A stretch of 62,013 nucleotides of DNA, the filler included, from Hausera hauseri (Eukaryota): NCBI GenBank assembly GCA_046269625.1. It is 12 parts of 12 records of this genome, joined end to end, with 100 filler letters (N's around TTAATTAATTAA, not from the genome) between each part and the next. Parts side by side here need not be neighbours in the genome. Positions count along the whole stretch, not along the records: positions 1 to 4,864 come from JBJURY010411367.1; positions 4,965 to 10,878 come from JBJURY010169418.1; positions 10,979 to 16,230 come from JBJURY010298834.1; 9 more parts are not named here. The stretch is one strand, 5' to 3'. Under the pieces are notes generated by a model that worked only from the letters and a program-made list of their open reading frames with translations, was not told the DNA's origin and searched no databases. The position numbers were made by a program, and so were the translations under genes. This document shows, piece by piece, positions 1 through 11,574 of the stretch. Position 1 is the stretch's first letter. Every line of letters starts with the position of its first letter.

Positions 1-104
1 ATTAATTAGTTACTCAATTTCCTACCTTTGTTTAGGTGTAATAATTAAATTTAAATTCCGGTCAATGATTAATGATTTTTGAATCACAATAAGTGATTTA
101 AGAC

Positions 105-640
105 AATTGTTATTTGCACATATTTTTAATCTTTTTATGGCGTCTGTTGGTGCGATCGACTTCTTTATTAAAACTATGGTGCGTAATAAATTCGACTGTA
201 AGGAAATCTATTATTTATTGACAGCTGCTCAAGGAGAGTTGATAACATTAGGCAGAGTTCAACAAATTGCAAAGGAATTTCGTGATAATCGTTGCGAATA
301 AACTAAAAAAAAATAGAATCCAGTAAACCAAGAACATCAAGCAGTGCTGATAATATTGAAAGAGAGAGGTTGGTTATAGAAGAGAATCCTGGGTTGGGTT
401 GTAACGATCTTAAAGAAGCGTTAGATATTTCCAAGCAGGTACATTAACAGGATTTTATTGTTACACTTATACAAAAAATGTTTCTGGCTAGATGGGTGCC
501 GTACAAGTTGACTGAGGACCATAATGTAAACAGAAGGGATGGCGCAATGGCATTGTTAAACACCTTTTCGAGGTGGATTATGCATAGAGTTGTCTTTACA
601 GACGAGAAGTGGGTAAATTTCGACTACGTGTTTCCTATTA
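105..640 (+). mobile_element. mariner transposase remnant (5' half, interrupted)
   Basis: Translation near 470-630 gives ARWVPYKLTEDH...VVFTDEKWVNFD, i.e. the mariner WVPxxL motif and first catalytic D (TDEKW). Stops and frameshifts lie upstream, and it is truncated by the next element. Confidence 0.75.
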
Positions 641-648
641 CTGAACAA

Positions 649-3605
649 TAGCCCATAGCGTCGTAAGATATCGTAAGGTGCATTTCGGGTTTTGTTCAAC
701 TCAGTACACTAATTAAAAAAAATAGAAATGAAAGTTTTCTCGGTAGACCGTGACACTCCCTCCCATTTTTGGGCACCAGAAAACTTTAAAAAGTCAACTT
801 TTGGCAATAATCCCATAATTGCTTTCATTGCTTATGTCACATTATTTGTAACATTCTTGTTTTAAAAAACCAATATTTAAATGAATTTGATGACTCTGGA
901 TGTAAACAATGCAAGTTATGGATTGTTATTTCAGAATATTCATTGGCCATCGTCTACGAGTAATACTTTGTAGTTCAACAAAGTTTGAATTTTAGCAATA
1001 TTGATTGTTTGACAGCTTTTAAATTTTAAACGTTCAAGTTAAAACGGCGATCTAGCATAGTGTTATATACTGAATTAATTGTTCCATCGTCATTCTTTTA
1101 CATTTTGACATTTTTGGAATTTTGCAGATTACCATACGTGCGTTTTGCAATTTATCAGTTTCGTTGGTATCTATGATGTAGTGCTTAAAACCAGATCATC
1201 ACAAAGTCACAACATATTTGGAAGTATTTTAATGAATCTTCCACAATCGGAATTACCAACTCACCAACAAGTAGCGAGATATTTGCTATTTTTGAAAGAA
1301 AGTAAATACCAAACGAATAAGGATACAATTCCCGAACTTGCACAAACCATCATCAATTTATTGATTCGAACTGGAATTCCACCACAATCACTAAAAACTG
1401 TTAAAAAGAAACTTCATCGATTAATACATGAAGGATCAAAAGTATCGAAACATGGAAAGGATGCTGCAAAAGCAAAACAGTTTGCTGTTTCCCTGAAACA
1501 TTTGTTTGATATTGCTGCTTGCCAATGTCATGACCTGAAAGCCTGCCGTTGTGAAAAAGAATTCAGAGGTCCTGAACGAGAACGGAGGTTTCTCACAGAT
1601 CAACAAACGATTCAAAAAATGGCAATTGGTGGAGTAGACCATGCGGTAACAGCGGAAATGAAACGAAAGAAGGCAAGAAGTGACATATTTAAAGAAAGAC
1701 AAGATGACGAAAAGAAGCGGAAAACTGGGATCGCGGCTAATATGGAATCTACATCAACTGTTGGTAACGATGAAGCACGACAAACGGAATCTGATGGAAA
1801 TTTTGAAAACGATGAAGAATGGAAAGTGGAAGGAACGAGCATGCTGAAGGATTGAAATATGACTTCAATTGCAAATGTTGTCCGAGAAGCTGATAGATAA
1901 GGCGTGTCGAACAGGGCTGCAGTTGCTATATGCACGGCGACTCTAATTGACTATGGAATCGTGGATGTCGACGATCACATTTGTATTGTAGACCATCACA
2001 AGATATGGCGAGCGCGAAAGAAGTTGAGAATGAGTCTGAGGAACAAAGGAAATGTGAAGGATGAAAAAATAACTGCCTTGCTTTTCGATGGATGGAGGGA
2101 CAGGACGCAGATAAAGGAAAGTATCGGTGGAAAATAATACGGAAAGGAGGAGGTGCAAGATCATTATGTTTTAGTCGGAGAACCTGGAATGTCTTACCTA
2201 AAACATATTACCTTGCAACATGAAACTGGCCATGAAATTGCAAGAAGATTAAAAGAATCAGTGGAAGAAATTGGAATTGACGAGACCGTCCACGTTGTAG
2301 GAGCTGACAGCGCCGTTGTAAGCACCGGAAAATACAATAAGGCAATTCGTTTGCTTGAATGTGCATTGAGTCGACCACTTCAGTGGATCATATGTTACTT
2401 ACATTTGAACGAACTCCCTTTTCGACACTTATGCAAAACGCTCCTGGTTTCATCCGAAAGTCCTACTCAATGGAGGGCAGCAATCGGGAAGGCGTTACCA
2501 TCGTGTAAAACTTTATTTCCAACTGCTTCAGGATTTAAACGTATCACTACCGACCTTGGAATTGAATGAGCTGAGTCGTGACCAAGCTTACCTGTGTCAA
2601 ATAATAACTGCAACTAGAACTGGCAAAATCGAAGAAAACCTGCTTCGAGAAAACCAGGAGTTGTGACAATGTTCCGATGAGTTACCATTGCTAGCCGAAT
2701 TTGCCGACTGTATGTGACAACGGCAGAACCAAGTGACGACTTGTTCACCCTCACCAGATTTGTTGTATGCTATTACGAACCAATGTGGTTCCAGATTATG
2801 TATCACAGTAAGTGCACCGATGGGTCAAACCACTTGCTACAACAAATTAAACTGACAGCATCCCTTACTCCTGGAGAGAAATCAATCGTTTGGCCCGTAG
2901 TATAGAAAAATACATACTGGGGTCACCAGGAACATGTTTTGCTTGCAATACTTGGAGACACAGATAGAACAAAGAGAGAAAAGGCAACTTCAGTAATAAA
3001 GTCGATACGACAATGCAAACCACGTGATCAGTCTGAATCAAAAAATGTTCGACTGTTTGCAACACCAAATATCAAAGAAACCTCAAAGAATTTGATGGAC
3101 TTTTTGCCGCCATTAAACATTTGAACATCAGAACCACCACTTACGATGCACATGTCTGTCGACGAATTGGAAAGAATCGCTGATGATGCTCTATCTTTGA
3201 AGATCCTTTGCCACCCACAGTAAGTTGACAGGTGTGTTCGAATGGTGACCTAGGCGTCCTCTGTGGTATACGGAATGGTGGCCAGAGACGGATATATTCG
3301 AGCTCGAATTAAGTCACGCGAGCTGATTCCATCATTTGAAACGAAAGATGACTTTGTTATTTAAAAGTAAGACTGTGGTTGGTTCCAGCTCAAAATGTTT
3401 ACTACGTTGTATATCCTCTGTTCAGTATTTGAAAAAAACATCTCGTTTTTACCCTGTTTGTTACTTTTTTACTCGCAAAAAGGGGGGTTTTGCGATTAAC
3501 AGACAAGAAATCTGATTTGATTTTTGAAATCAGTGCCACTCATTGCACAAAACCCCAAGTGCGCCTTAAGATACAAAAAAAGTTAGATAATTACGTTACG
3601 GCCTA
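649..3605 (+). mobile_element. DNA transposon (hAT-related, hATm-like) with long imperfect TIRs and a decayed DDE transposase (~1181-3363)
   Basis: The left end (TAGCCCATAGCG...TATCGTAAGGTGCATTTCGGGTTTTGTTCAA) matches the reverse complement of the right end (TTGCACAAAACCCCAAGTGCGCCTTAAGATA...GGCCTA). Transposase motifs FDGWRD, GADSAVVSTG, LQWIICYLHLNELPFRHL and CHPQ*VDRCVRMVT*AS. Multiple in-frame stops; no TSD found. Confidence 0.7.
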
Positions 3606-3671
3606 ATTATCATACTGTACGTATACTAGCGGCATGCTCTGTTATGTGCAATTGTAGAACCAAAGTTGAAA

Positions 3672-4600
3672 ATATCGGTTGAACAAGAGCGTCGTGCCAC
3701 TATCATAACTTGCCTTCATGCGCGTCGCACGCCCAATGAAATCGTTGAATTCACAAAGATCCCCAAATTGACCGCCTATCGGGTTGCGGCCAACTTCAAA
3801 GCTGCCAAAGAGGAATAAAATGGATCGGTAACATCTCTCCGCGATAAGCACAGTCGATCCGGGTGCCGAAAGCTCAAAACGGACGTCATTAAGCAGGTGA
3901 AAGATCTCGTCGATGCCGATCCGAGCACTTCGATGAGAACTTTGGCTGCCCAGATGAACGCTGGGCGTCAGACTATCATCAACGCCATTCGAGATGATCT
4001 GCGCTACCACTTCTACGTGCTGAAGGTACTACAGCTGCTAACGGAGCCGATGAAAGCGAAACGACTGGTCAAGTGCAGCTTTCTGATTTTAATACTGATG
4101 CATGAGGCATCCGGCCGTCTGCGCTTCTTCGGTGACGAGAAGATCTTCACCGTCGATGCCTCCCTCAACCGTAAAAATGACCACTGGTTGGCACAAGATC
4201 ACAAAGATGTACCTATCGTCATGACAAGGAAGAATCCAGCGTCCCTATACGTGCTGCTGGTTGTTTCTAGCGCAGGTGATATCATGTTGCCTCACTTTTT
4301 TGACAAGAGTCAGACAATCACCAGTCAGGTGTATCTGGAAATCCTGCAGACAGTGGTGCATCCGTGGATTAACCAAATAGCTGCTGACAAGCCGTATGTC
4401 CTCCATCAGGATGGCGCACCAGCCAACAACACCTGAATCGTCCAAAACTTGGACATATTCTGATCGAAAGCGTTTTGGCCACCGACCTCGCCAGATTTAA
4501 TTTCCTTCGATTACTACTGCTGCGGCATAATCGAGCGGGAGTCTAACAAGCGTGCACACAACAGCATTGACTTGCTGCAAGCTGATATTGTTAATGTGTG
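3672..4600 (+). mobile_element. Tc1/mariner superfamily (maT/DD37D-like) transposase pseudogene
   Basis: N-terminal HTH (EQERRATIITCLHARRTPNEIVEFTKIP), FFGDEKIFTVD, QDGAPA and WPPTSPDLISFDY with D as the third catalytic residue; frameshifts and stops. Confidence 0.8.
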
Positions 4601-4864
4601 CACTGTGGTGCCAACAGCGGCCGGTGCCCTTTGGCTCATTTGGTCGGGCACGGCCGGGCGTCCGTTGCCGTCGCGTCGGATACTTAGTTGGGTCCGACTC
4701 CCCTCGAAAGTTGGAATTAAAATATCCAGATCCCCTCGTGGCACGTTAAAATTTGCATTCTTCATTTCCCACATCAAAATCACCACTTTTCAATTGTCCA
4801 AAACCGCGTTGTGCATTTTGGTTCGGCTAGACCATGTTTACCATAAGCTTCGGCAAGCATTCGA

Positions 4865-4964
4865 NNNNNNNNNNNNNNNNNNNNNNNNNNNNNNNNNNNN
4901 NNNNNNNNTTAATTAATTAANNNNNNNNNNNNNNNNNNNNNNNNNNNNNNNNNNNNNNNNNNNN
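4865..4964. other. artificial contig spacer N44-TTAATTAATTAA-N44 (also at 10879, 16231, 22812, 26901, 31194, 36822, 41112, 47033, 53678, 57950)
   Basis: Identical 100-nt spacer containing a six-frame stop cassette, repeated 11 times. Confidence 0.98.
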
Positions 4965-5242
4965 TGTCGGTCATGTAGACGTTGTTTATCAAACCGCGTA
5001 AACTTCATGAAAGCAAAGACCCTCTGGCTGTGTGTGATTGCTTTATACCTTTATAACTGGGATAACCCGGATGTATGTCGTCATTGATACTTATAGAAGT
5101 CTGGTTTGTCTACAGCCATGGTCGGGCGAGGCGCCAAATGATTCTATCGTTTGGACGTGAGGACATGAGGACGTGGTGACCCAGTCTTTTTCTTTGAAAT
5201 ATACATTTATAAGGGGGACATAGGAACATAACAGGATCGAAT

Positions 5243-5730
5243 ATGGATTCTAGGTGGAAACATCCTTATATTGCCCTTATAGCGGGACCGACCGACAGTG
5301 GTAAAACCGTTTTCATGCGCGAGAACACTGGCGAGGGGACATGAGCCGGTTAGTTGTCATCGACGACCTGATGACCGAAACCGACGACCGAGTAACTAAA
5401 CTTTTTAGAAAGGAAAGTCACCATCAGAATCTCAGCGTCATGTACATTGTCCAAAACCTGTTTGGAAAAAATAAGGAACACCGCACCATAAGCTTAAATT
5501 TCCATTATCTCATCCTTTTCAAAAACCCCATGACGCTTCACAGATTGTCAGCTTGGCTTAACAGATGTATTCGGGTCGTGGTTCATATCTACAAGAAAGT
5601 TTTAAGGACGTGACATCAAAACCTCATGGTTATTTGTTACTCGATCTTCGCTAGGAAATACTCGACAATTTAAGGTTACGCAGCGCTATATTTCCTCACC
5701 AAGAGACACATCATGTACGTACCGAAATGA
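5243..5730 (+). pseudogene. Polinton A32/FtsK-like packaging ATPase
   Basis: MDSRWKHPYIALIAGPTDSGKT (Walker A), LVVIDDLM (Walker B), SHHQNLSVMYIVQNLF, RTISLNFHYLILFKNP and GYLLLDL; internal deletion and frameshifts. Confidence 0.9.
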
Positions 5731-6050
5731 ACTCTACGCTTACCCAACACGGTCAAATGTTGCGATTTTTGAGGCGGGCGAATGCGGTCGCCATAGAGGC
5801 TGTAATGAAGTTGGCATCCCCAAATCTCGTGCGAGCGCAATGAAAGTGTTGCTACAACGTGTCAAAAGGTAACGTTCCGTTCAACTGAGATCAGAAGAGT
5901 CGTTTGCGTGATTACAAAACGGGTTAGTGCGCCCTCATCAAAAAGAAGCTGCCGATCGAAAAACGCAAACAGATTCTTAAAACAAGGAGGTTTCCTATGC
6001 GCTTTATTGGGCCCTATACTGAACGTGGTAAAAGACGTGTTGGGTGTTTA
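5728..6050 (+). pseudogene. Polinton conserved small basic protein (PW/gasderminX-like)
   Basis: CCYNVSKGNVP...RLRDYK...KKKLPIEKRKQIL..GGFLCALLGPIL pattern typical of the ORF after the Polinton ATPase; contains stops. Confidence 0.7.
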
Positions 6051-6054
6051 AAAC

Positions 6055-6581
6055 ATGGTCAGGAAAATGATTTTGATGGACGCACGTGTGTTAGAGACTA
6101 CGAACCAAAAGCAATACGTTCCACCCGATGCTGTGAGCGACAATTTGCGAGACTTGGATTATGAAATGCAATGACTTTTGGAAAGAGACGATTTATCGCC
6201 TCACGACAAAACCAGATTGCATCAACAAATATTGCAGCGTTACTTGAATAGATTAGAACAGCACAGACACAAATCTCTAGGGGTAGTGGACATCAAGGAA
6301 CCAACGCTGCTTCCCCAACCAACGAGGACATCTCGCAGACTGTATTTAAAGACGAAGTCTTGGATATAATTCCGCAACCCTAGACGATGATCATTACCAA
6401 AATGCCTCAACCATCAACGGCTGCTACCAAAAAACGTCAATCGGCGACGCTCGCTACTAAAATATCGCAAACACCGTCCTCCTCTACTAAAAAGAGATCC
6501 AGAATACCCATGTTTTGCAACATGAGAAAACAGCATAAAGAAACAAACACGCCCAATTGGGAAACATGGTCCGCCAAATGA
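6055..6581 (+). pseudogene. Polinton conserved hypothetical protein
   Basis: MVRKMILMD...LRDLDYEMQ*LLERDDLSPHDKTRLHQQILQRYL, resembling the LDxEM...LQRYL ORF of Mavericks. Confidence 0.6.
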
Positions 6582-7620
6582 ATGAGATTTTATGAAAACA
6601 TTACTACTATCTGAAGCATGCGGGTGTTTTTTTTTCCGGCATTACATCACGCTACAAAAATCGAGGCTACGAAAGTTAAAGAATGGTTAAGTCACCAAGA
6701 CGCTTATACTCTTCTTAAACACATTCGTCGCAAATTTAGAGGCGACCCATCGTAACGAGCGGCATCAGTCACCAGTTTCAGGCTGATTTGATAGACATGC
6801 GTGCGTTAAAAACATACAATGATAGGATGTCGTATCTACTGACGTGTATAGACGTGTTGGGTAAATACGGTTGGGCTTTCCCCATAATGAAGAAAACCGA
6901 CAAGGAGCTGGTCGAGGCCGTGAGCAAAATATTTGTCTGACTAAAGCCTGTTGCACTACAGAGTGACAAAGACAGCAAATTTCTCAACAAAACATTTCTC
7001 AAGTTTCTCAAAGACCGAGGCATGCATTTCTTCACTATGGAAAACGAAGACGTTAAGGCAGCTGTTTTGGAGCGCTTTAACTGAACCTTAAAAGAAAAAT
7101 TGTGGCGATCCTTTATCAAATCAAACGGTCTTTGGTACATATACGTGATTGACGATTTGATTCTAAATTACAACTTTTCTTATCACAGAAGTATTTGCAT
7201 TGCCCCAGCGCAAGTTAATTTTGACAATCAAGAAGAACTGTGGAACAATTTGTATTCAGACCCTGACGCCGTAGGCAGAAAAGCGTTTATGGAAGGCGAT
7301 CGTGTCAGAGTCAGAGAAACCAGACCTTTTAAAAAAGGCTACACTCCAGCATGGATGGAAGAATTTTTTACCATCAGCAGAGTAAATAGGACAAGTTCAA
7401 TAACTTATGTGCTCAAAGACGACACCGGTGAGGATTTGCGAAATTTGTTTACAAAGAAGAGCTTCAAAAAGTCAGAGAGAAGACAGTTTACAGAATAGAA
7501 AACATTATACAAGAAAGGTGAATGGCAGGTGGTAAAGAATATTTAGTGAAATGGTTCAGTTATAATTCGTCATTCAACAGTTGGATTTCGGGAAAACACA
7601 TTTCGAGATATAAAGACTAC
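6578..7620 (+). pseudogene. Polinton retroviral-like (rve) integrase with C-terminal chromodomain
   Basis: EWLSHQDAYTL, FQADLIDM, YLLTCIDVLGKY, LQSDKDSKF, VLERFN*TLK, FKKGYTPAW and chromodomain EYLVKWFSYNSSFNSWI. Confidence 0.9.
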
Positions 7621-7622
7621 CC

Positions 7623-7840
7623 ATGGTCGAAGAAGCCGGTCCCTTTGATGAAGGAATAGAAAGAAGACCCGTTACATATTGGTTATTTCGCAACTTTTGG
7701 TAATATATACCATCATCGGTGTGCCTCTTTTCAATCTGATACAAGCAAGCAACGACCAGGAAAACAAGTTGTGGATAGTTTTACTGTGTAGTTCTCTCGG
7801 TTATCTTTTACCTAACCCAAAGACAAGCTCGCGACAATAA
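7623..7840 (+). pseudogene. small hydrophobic Polinton-associated protein
   Basis: ...IIGVPLFNLIQ...KLWIVLLCSSLGYLLPNPK; two hydrophobic segments between integrase and minor capsid; frameshifted. Confidence 0.5.
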
Positions 7841-8555
7841 TGCGAGCAACGTTTCCATGAAAACGTTTCCCGATAATGGACCCGAGCACTTTTACGTGAA
7901 ACTCCCGCAAACCATAGACTTGAATTCACAATACGAAGTGTTTTTGGCAGAGATTGAATTACCAAACAGTTACTTTAACGTGCTAGAGAATGAAGCCGCC
8001 GTTTGAAATTACACTAAGTCCCGGCCTCTACAAGTCGCTGGCGGAGCTTTTTGACGAATTAAACAGACAGTTTAGCTCAAGAGTGAAGGGTGGTGAACCA
8101 GCCCCATTAAAAATCCATTACCACAAAACGCAGAAAACCACCTTAATGGAAAGATTCAAGTCGGGGGCGGACGTTATCATCAGTGCCAAGTTGAAAATAT
8201 ATTGGCACTGTCAAGAACCCACATAACGGACAAGGACCCTCTTCAACTGGGTAAAACGCAAGACAATTTGGACAGCAATGTAAGAAACGTGTACGTGTAC
8301 TGCGATATCGATGTGGCAAGACCCGTCGGAGATGTCATGGTGCCTTTATTACGAACTGTCCCCGTTTTGGACAGAAATTTGACAGCTGTGCTTAGGAATT
8401 ACGACAAACCCCACTACCTGCCTCTGAGTCGATTTTCTTTTGACACTGTGGAAATACTTTTAACCAACGACCTGGGACAAAAGATCTTATTCATCAACGG
8501 TTCTTCGGTGGCGACGTTACATTTTCGACACAGGAGACATTCGGACTTGCAATAA
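7840..8555 (+). pseudogene. Polinton minor capsid protein (penton)
   Basis: SNVSMKTFPDN..HFYVKLPQTIDL..YEVFLAEI at the N-terminus and VYVYCDI...VGDVMVPLLRTV...PHYLPL...TLHFR at the C-terminus; frameshifts. Confidence 0.85.
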
Positions 8556-8561
8556 AACAAA

Positions 8562-8850
8562 GATGGTCAGACATACTCCTTTACATCGAAGCGCTGAAGT
8601 TTACGAAGACTTACCGCAGTCAAGCAGGAGACGGAATTCCCGTTTTTATCGGCAGCAGAAGTCAACGAGGAAGAGGCATCGGTAGTTTCTTTAGCGGGTT
8701 GGGCCGAATGATACTGCCGTGGTTAAAAGACAGGCGGAAAAGCTTTAATGAGGAAAGGGGTTGGGACAGGTTTGCAAGTGGCCCAGGACACGTTAACCGG
8801 TAGAAAAGTCGCCCGAAGCAGTTCTCACAACGAGTCCAAGAAACGACGAG
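8562..8850 (+). pseudogene. Polinton core/pX-like protein
   Basis: SQAGDGIPVFIGSRSQRGRGIGSFFSGLGRMILPWLK: QxGxG motifs followed by an amphipathic helix. Confidence 0.7.
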
Positions 8851-8863
8851 TAAAGAAGCATCT

Positions 8864-10155
8864 TTGATACACCCAGGCAGTTGCGAGTGTCTCCACTCGG
8901 GTTTGGATTTGTTTAGCGTTCCTCTGACACAAACGGCCGTCGAGGAAGGACAGTTTGTAGAAATTCACCCTCTCACTTCTCTCGCGCCCAGGGCACCCAT
9001 AGAATTTGTAATATTGGGAAGCGGCAAAGAGTATCTAGATTTAATACTTTTGTACACGTGAGAGCCAGTCGCTTTGGCCAACGGCGACAATTTACCCCAC
9101 GGTGCTGAAGTGGCCCTGGTCAACAATTATCTCCAGTTTATTTTCGCAAGTGGACGTCGCCCTGAATGACACGCTAATCACGCCGAGCGAGAACACGTAT
9201 CCTTTCTGAAGTTACCTCGAGACAGTTTTAAATTACGAGCGGTAAGCCAAAAGGGGTCACCTGATGGCAGCCCTGTACTACAATGACAAACCAACATTTT
9301 TCAATGAAGCTAAAGCCGATTCTAACGCCGGCCTGAAAACGCGTCGCGACATGGCTGCTGGTAGTCGAGAAGTGGATATGATGGGCAAGTTACACTGCGA
9401 CATTTTCACCCAAGACCGTTACATGCTGAACAGAGTGGACGTAAAGATCAGACTCACCCCTTCTAAAGACTCTTTCAACCTGATAGCCGACGACCCCACT
9501 CTCGGTTACAAGTCAATTATAACTTTGGCTGTCCTGGTGGTCAGGAAAGCCAAATTAAATCCGGCCATTTCTCTGGCCCACAAAAAAGCCTTGACTGTGG
9601 CCAACACGAAATATCCCATCAAACGAGTCGTGATAAAGACACTGTCCGTACCCAGAGGAATGTTGTCGCACATTTAAGATAATCTTTTTCTCAGTCGCCG
9701 ACGCGGGTCGTTATCGGGATAGTGAATTCCTCAGCTTTTAATGGCACCCACAGAAATAACCCGTTCAACTTTCAACATTGCGGTTTGACGTACTTGAACG
9801 TCACGGTCGACGGGAGAACGGCCACGGGAAAGCCGTTAACGGTGGATTTCGAGCGCGACCATTACGCCCGCGCTTTCTTTGGTACCAATCTAGCCATGGG
9901 TCAGATCGGTGAGGACGCCGTTTGCGACGTCGACTACAACAGTTTCAAAGCCGGTTACGCCCTCTACGCGTTCGATCTAAGTCCCAGCCTCTTGGACGGA
10001 GACCATTTGAACTCGCGAAAAACGGCCCTCTTTCGCTAGAATTTCAATTTTCCGCCATGACACCTAACCCCTTACAAGTCATGGTGTACGCCGAACAAGA
10101 GTCTATCATTGAAATTTCCAAAACCCGACAAGTGTTACTGGACTTTGTGGCTTAG
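8864..10155 (+). pseudogene. Polinton major capsid protein (double jelly-roll, PY/hexon-like)
   Basis: SCECLHSGLDLFSVPLTQT, PIEFVI, LFSQVDV, GKLHCDIFTQDRYMLN, AFNG...NPFNFQH and GYALYAFDLSP; spread over several frames. Confidence 0.9.
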
Positions 10156-10158
10156 ACG

Positions 10159-10630
10159 ATGAACAATCGAGAGATACAAACAATTTTAAATTCCGACATT
10201 TTCGTCCGTCGACACCCCGTCAAAATCGTGCCCCGAGACATGTTACCCAAATGCATCGACCTGACAGAACCTGCGGCCTTTGTCATAAATACTGACCCTA
10301 GCAACCTGCCCGCACGCATTGGGTAGCCTTATACTATGACGGCGTCGGCACGTTTCATTATTTCGATTCCTTTGGACTACCGCCGCTGCACGCCGAGATT
10401 GACAATTTCATTAAACGAAACTCAAACAGAGAACTCATATACAACGAGCGAACATTACAGGATGTTTTAGTAACGCCTGCGGACTCTACGTCATTTATTT
10501 CATCTCCATCAAAGCCAGAGTCGGGAGCATGCGACGGGACATCATGTGGTTTTCCTCAACGAGACAACACGTCAACGATAGGCTCTTTTGGCGCGTCGTC
10601 CGGCCTTGGCTGCGGGAAAAACCCCGCAAC
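10159..10630 (+). pseudogene. adenain-like cysteine protease (capsid maturation)
   Basis: VINTDPSNLP../HWVALY...YFDSFGLPP...LQD..NACGLY: His, Asp, Gln and Cys catalytic residues; frameshifted. Confidence 0.88.
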
Positions 10631-10719
10631 TATAAATATCTATGATGTCACACATCCGATGTAAACAGGATATAATGATATATAAGCGAGTAGCACACAC
10701 CCATGGGTCTGTTTTCAAA

Positions 10720-10878
10720 ATGTTTACGCGAATTGATAACGACGTTTACATGACGGCGGATTCCGCATTAGCAAAACCGATAGGTCCGGCTAAACTAGTT
10801 ACAGTTTCCTCATACCGAAACAGAGTACTGATACATATTAGAAGATACTATGGTGAAAGTAATAAGAAATTTCCCACG
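10720..10878 (+). CDS. PC4-like ssDNA-binding domain protein (truncated by contig end)
   Basis: PIGPAKLVTVSSYRNRVLIHIRRYY...KFPT resembles the PC4/Sub1 pattern kxVtVxxFxGxvlvdIRxyY...PtkKG; TATA-like sequence at 10681. Confidence 0.65.
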
Positions 10879-10979
10879 NNNNNNNNNNNNNNNNNNNNNN
10901 NNNNNNNNNNNNNNNNNNNNNNTTAATTAATTAANNNNNNNNNNNNNNNNNNNNNNNNNNNNNNNNNNNNNNNNNNNNT

Positions 10980-11545
10980 AGAGAGAGAGAATAAATGGTG
11001 CTAATAAATGTCTTGACGATAATGGTGCAAATAAAAATGTAAAGTGCGTCTAGACAATGTCAAAATGGTGCAAATGGTGCATATAAAAATGCCTAGACAA
11101 TGTAAAGTGAGTCTAGCAATGTCAAAATGGTGTAAATGGTGCAAATAAAAATGTCTAGACAATGTCAAAATGGTGCAAATGGTGCATATAAAAATGCCTA
11201 GCAATGTCAAAATGGTGTAAATGGTGCATATAAAAATGTCTAGACAATGTAAAGTGCGTCTAGACAATGTCAAAGTGGTGCAAATGGTGCATATAAAAAA
11301 GTCTAGACAATGTAAAGTGAGTCTAGACAATGTCACGTGTGAGTCTAGACAATGTCACGTGTGAGTCTAGACAATGTCACGTGTGAGTCTACACAATGTC
11401 ACGTGTGTGAATCGACAATGTCACGTGAGAATAACAAATGTCTGGTGACTTTCCGCACGCATCGCGTGACCAATCACGTGACGCGTGGGCGGATATCACG
11501 TGACGCGTGGTCGGATCACGTGATGCGTGGGCGGACCCCCCCCTT
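10980..11545. repeat. compound minisatellite after an (AG)n start, grading into CACGTG-rich repeats
   Basis: Repeated units CTAGACAATGT(C/A)AA, AAATGGTGCA and GTGAGTCTAGACAATGTCACGT, then ATCACGTGACGCGTGGGCGG. Confidence 0.9.
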
Positions 11546-11574
11546 GGCCCAGAAACATCTTTTTTCCCCTACTG

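Larger units (their letters stand above)
5243..10878 (+). mobile_element. Polinton/Maverick (adintovirus-type) endogenous dsDNA virus module, decayed
   Basis: Co-oriented packaging ATPase, conserved small ORFs, retroviral-type integrase with chromodomain, minor capsid, pX-like protein, major capsid, adenain protease and PC4-like ORF. Confidence 0.92.

Noticed and set aside
3642-4010. Antisense ORFs over transposases and polymerases (also 1436-1935, 58586-60453)
   Set aside because: These are shadows of the coding strand with no recognisable motifs.
4909-4920. Recurrent TTAATTAATTAA palindrome as a biological repeat
   Set aside because: Always centred in N runs; it is an assembly linker with stops in all six frames.
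10878-10980. Direct physical linkage of the Polinton module to the following repeat or to the pPolB copies
   Set aside because: They are separated by artificial spacers, so adjacency in the window is not evidence.
10990-11430. CRISPR-like array or 111-aa repeat protein
   Set aside because: No unique spacers and no cas genes; the ORFs are translations of a minisatellite.
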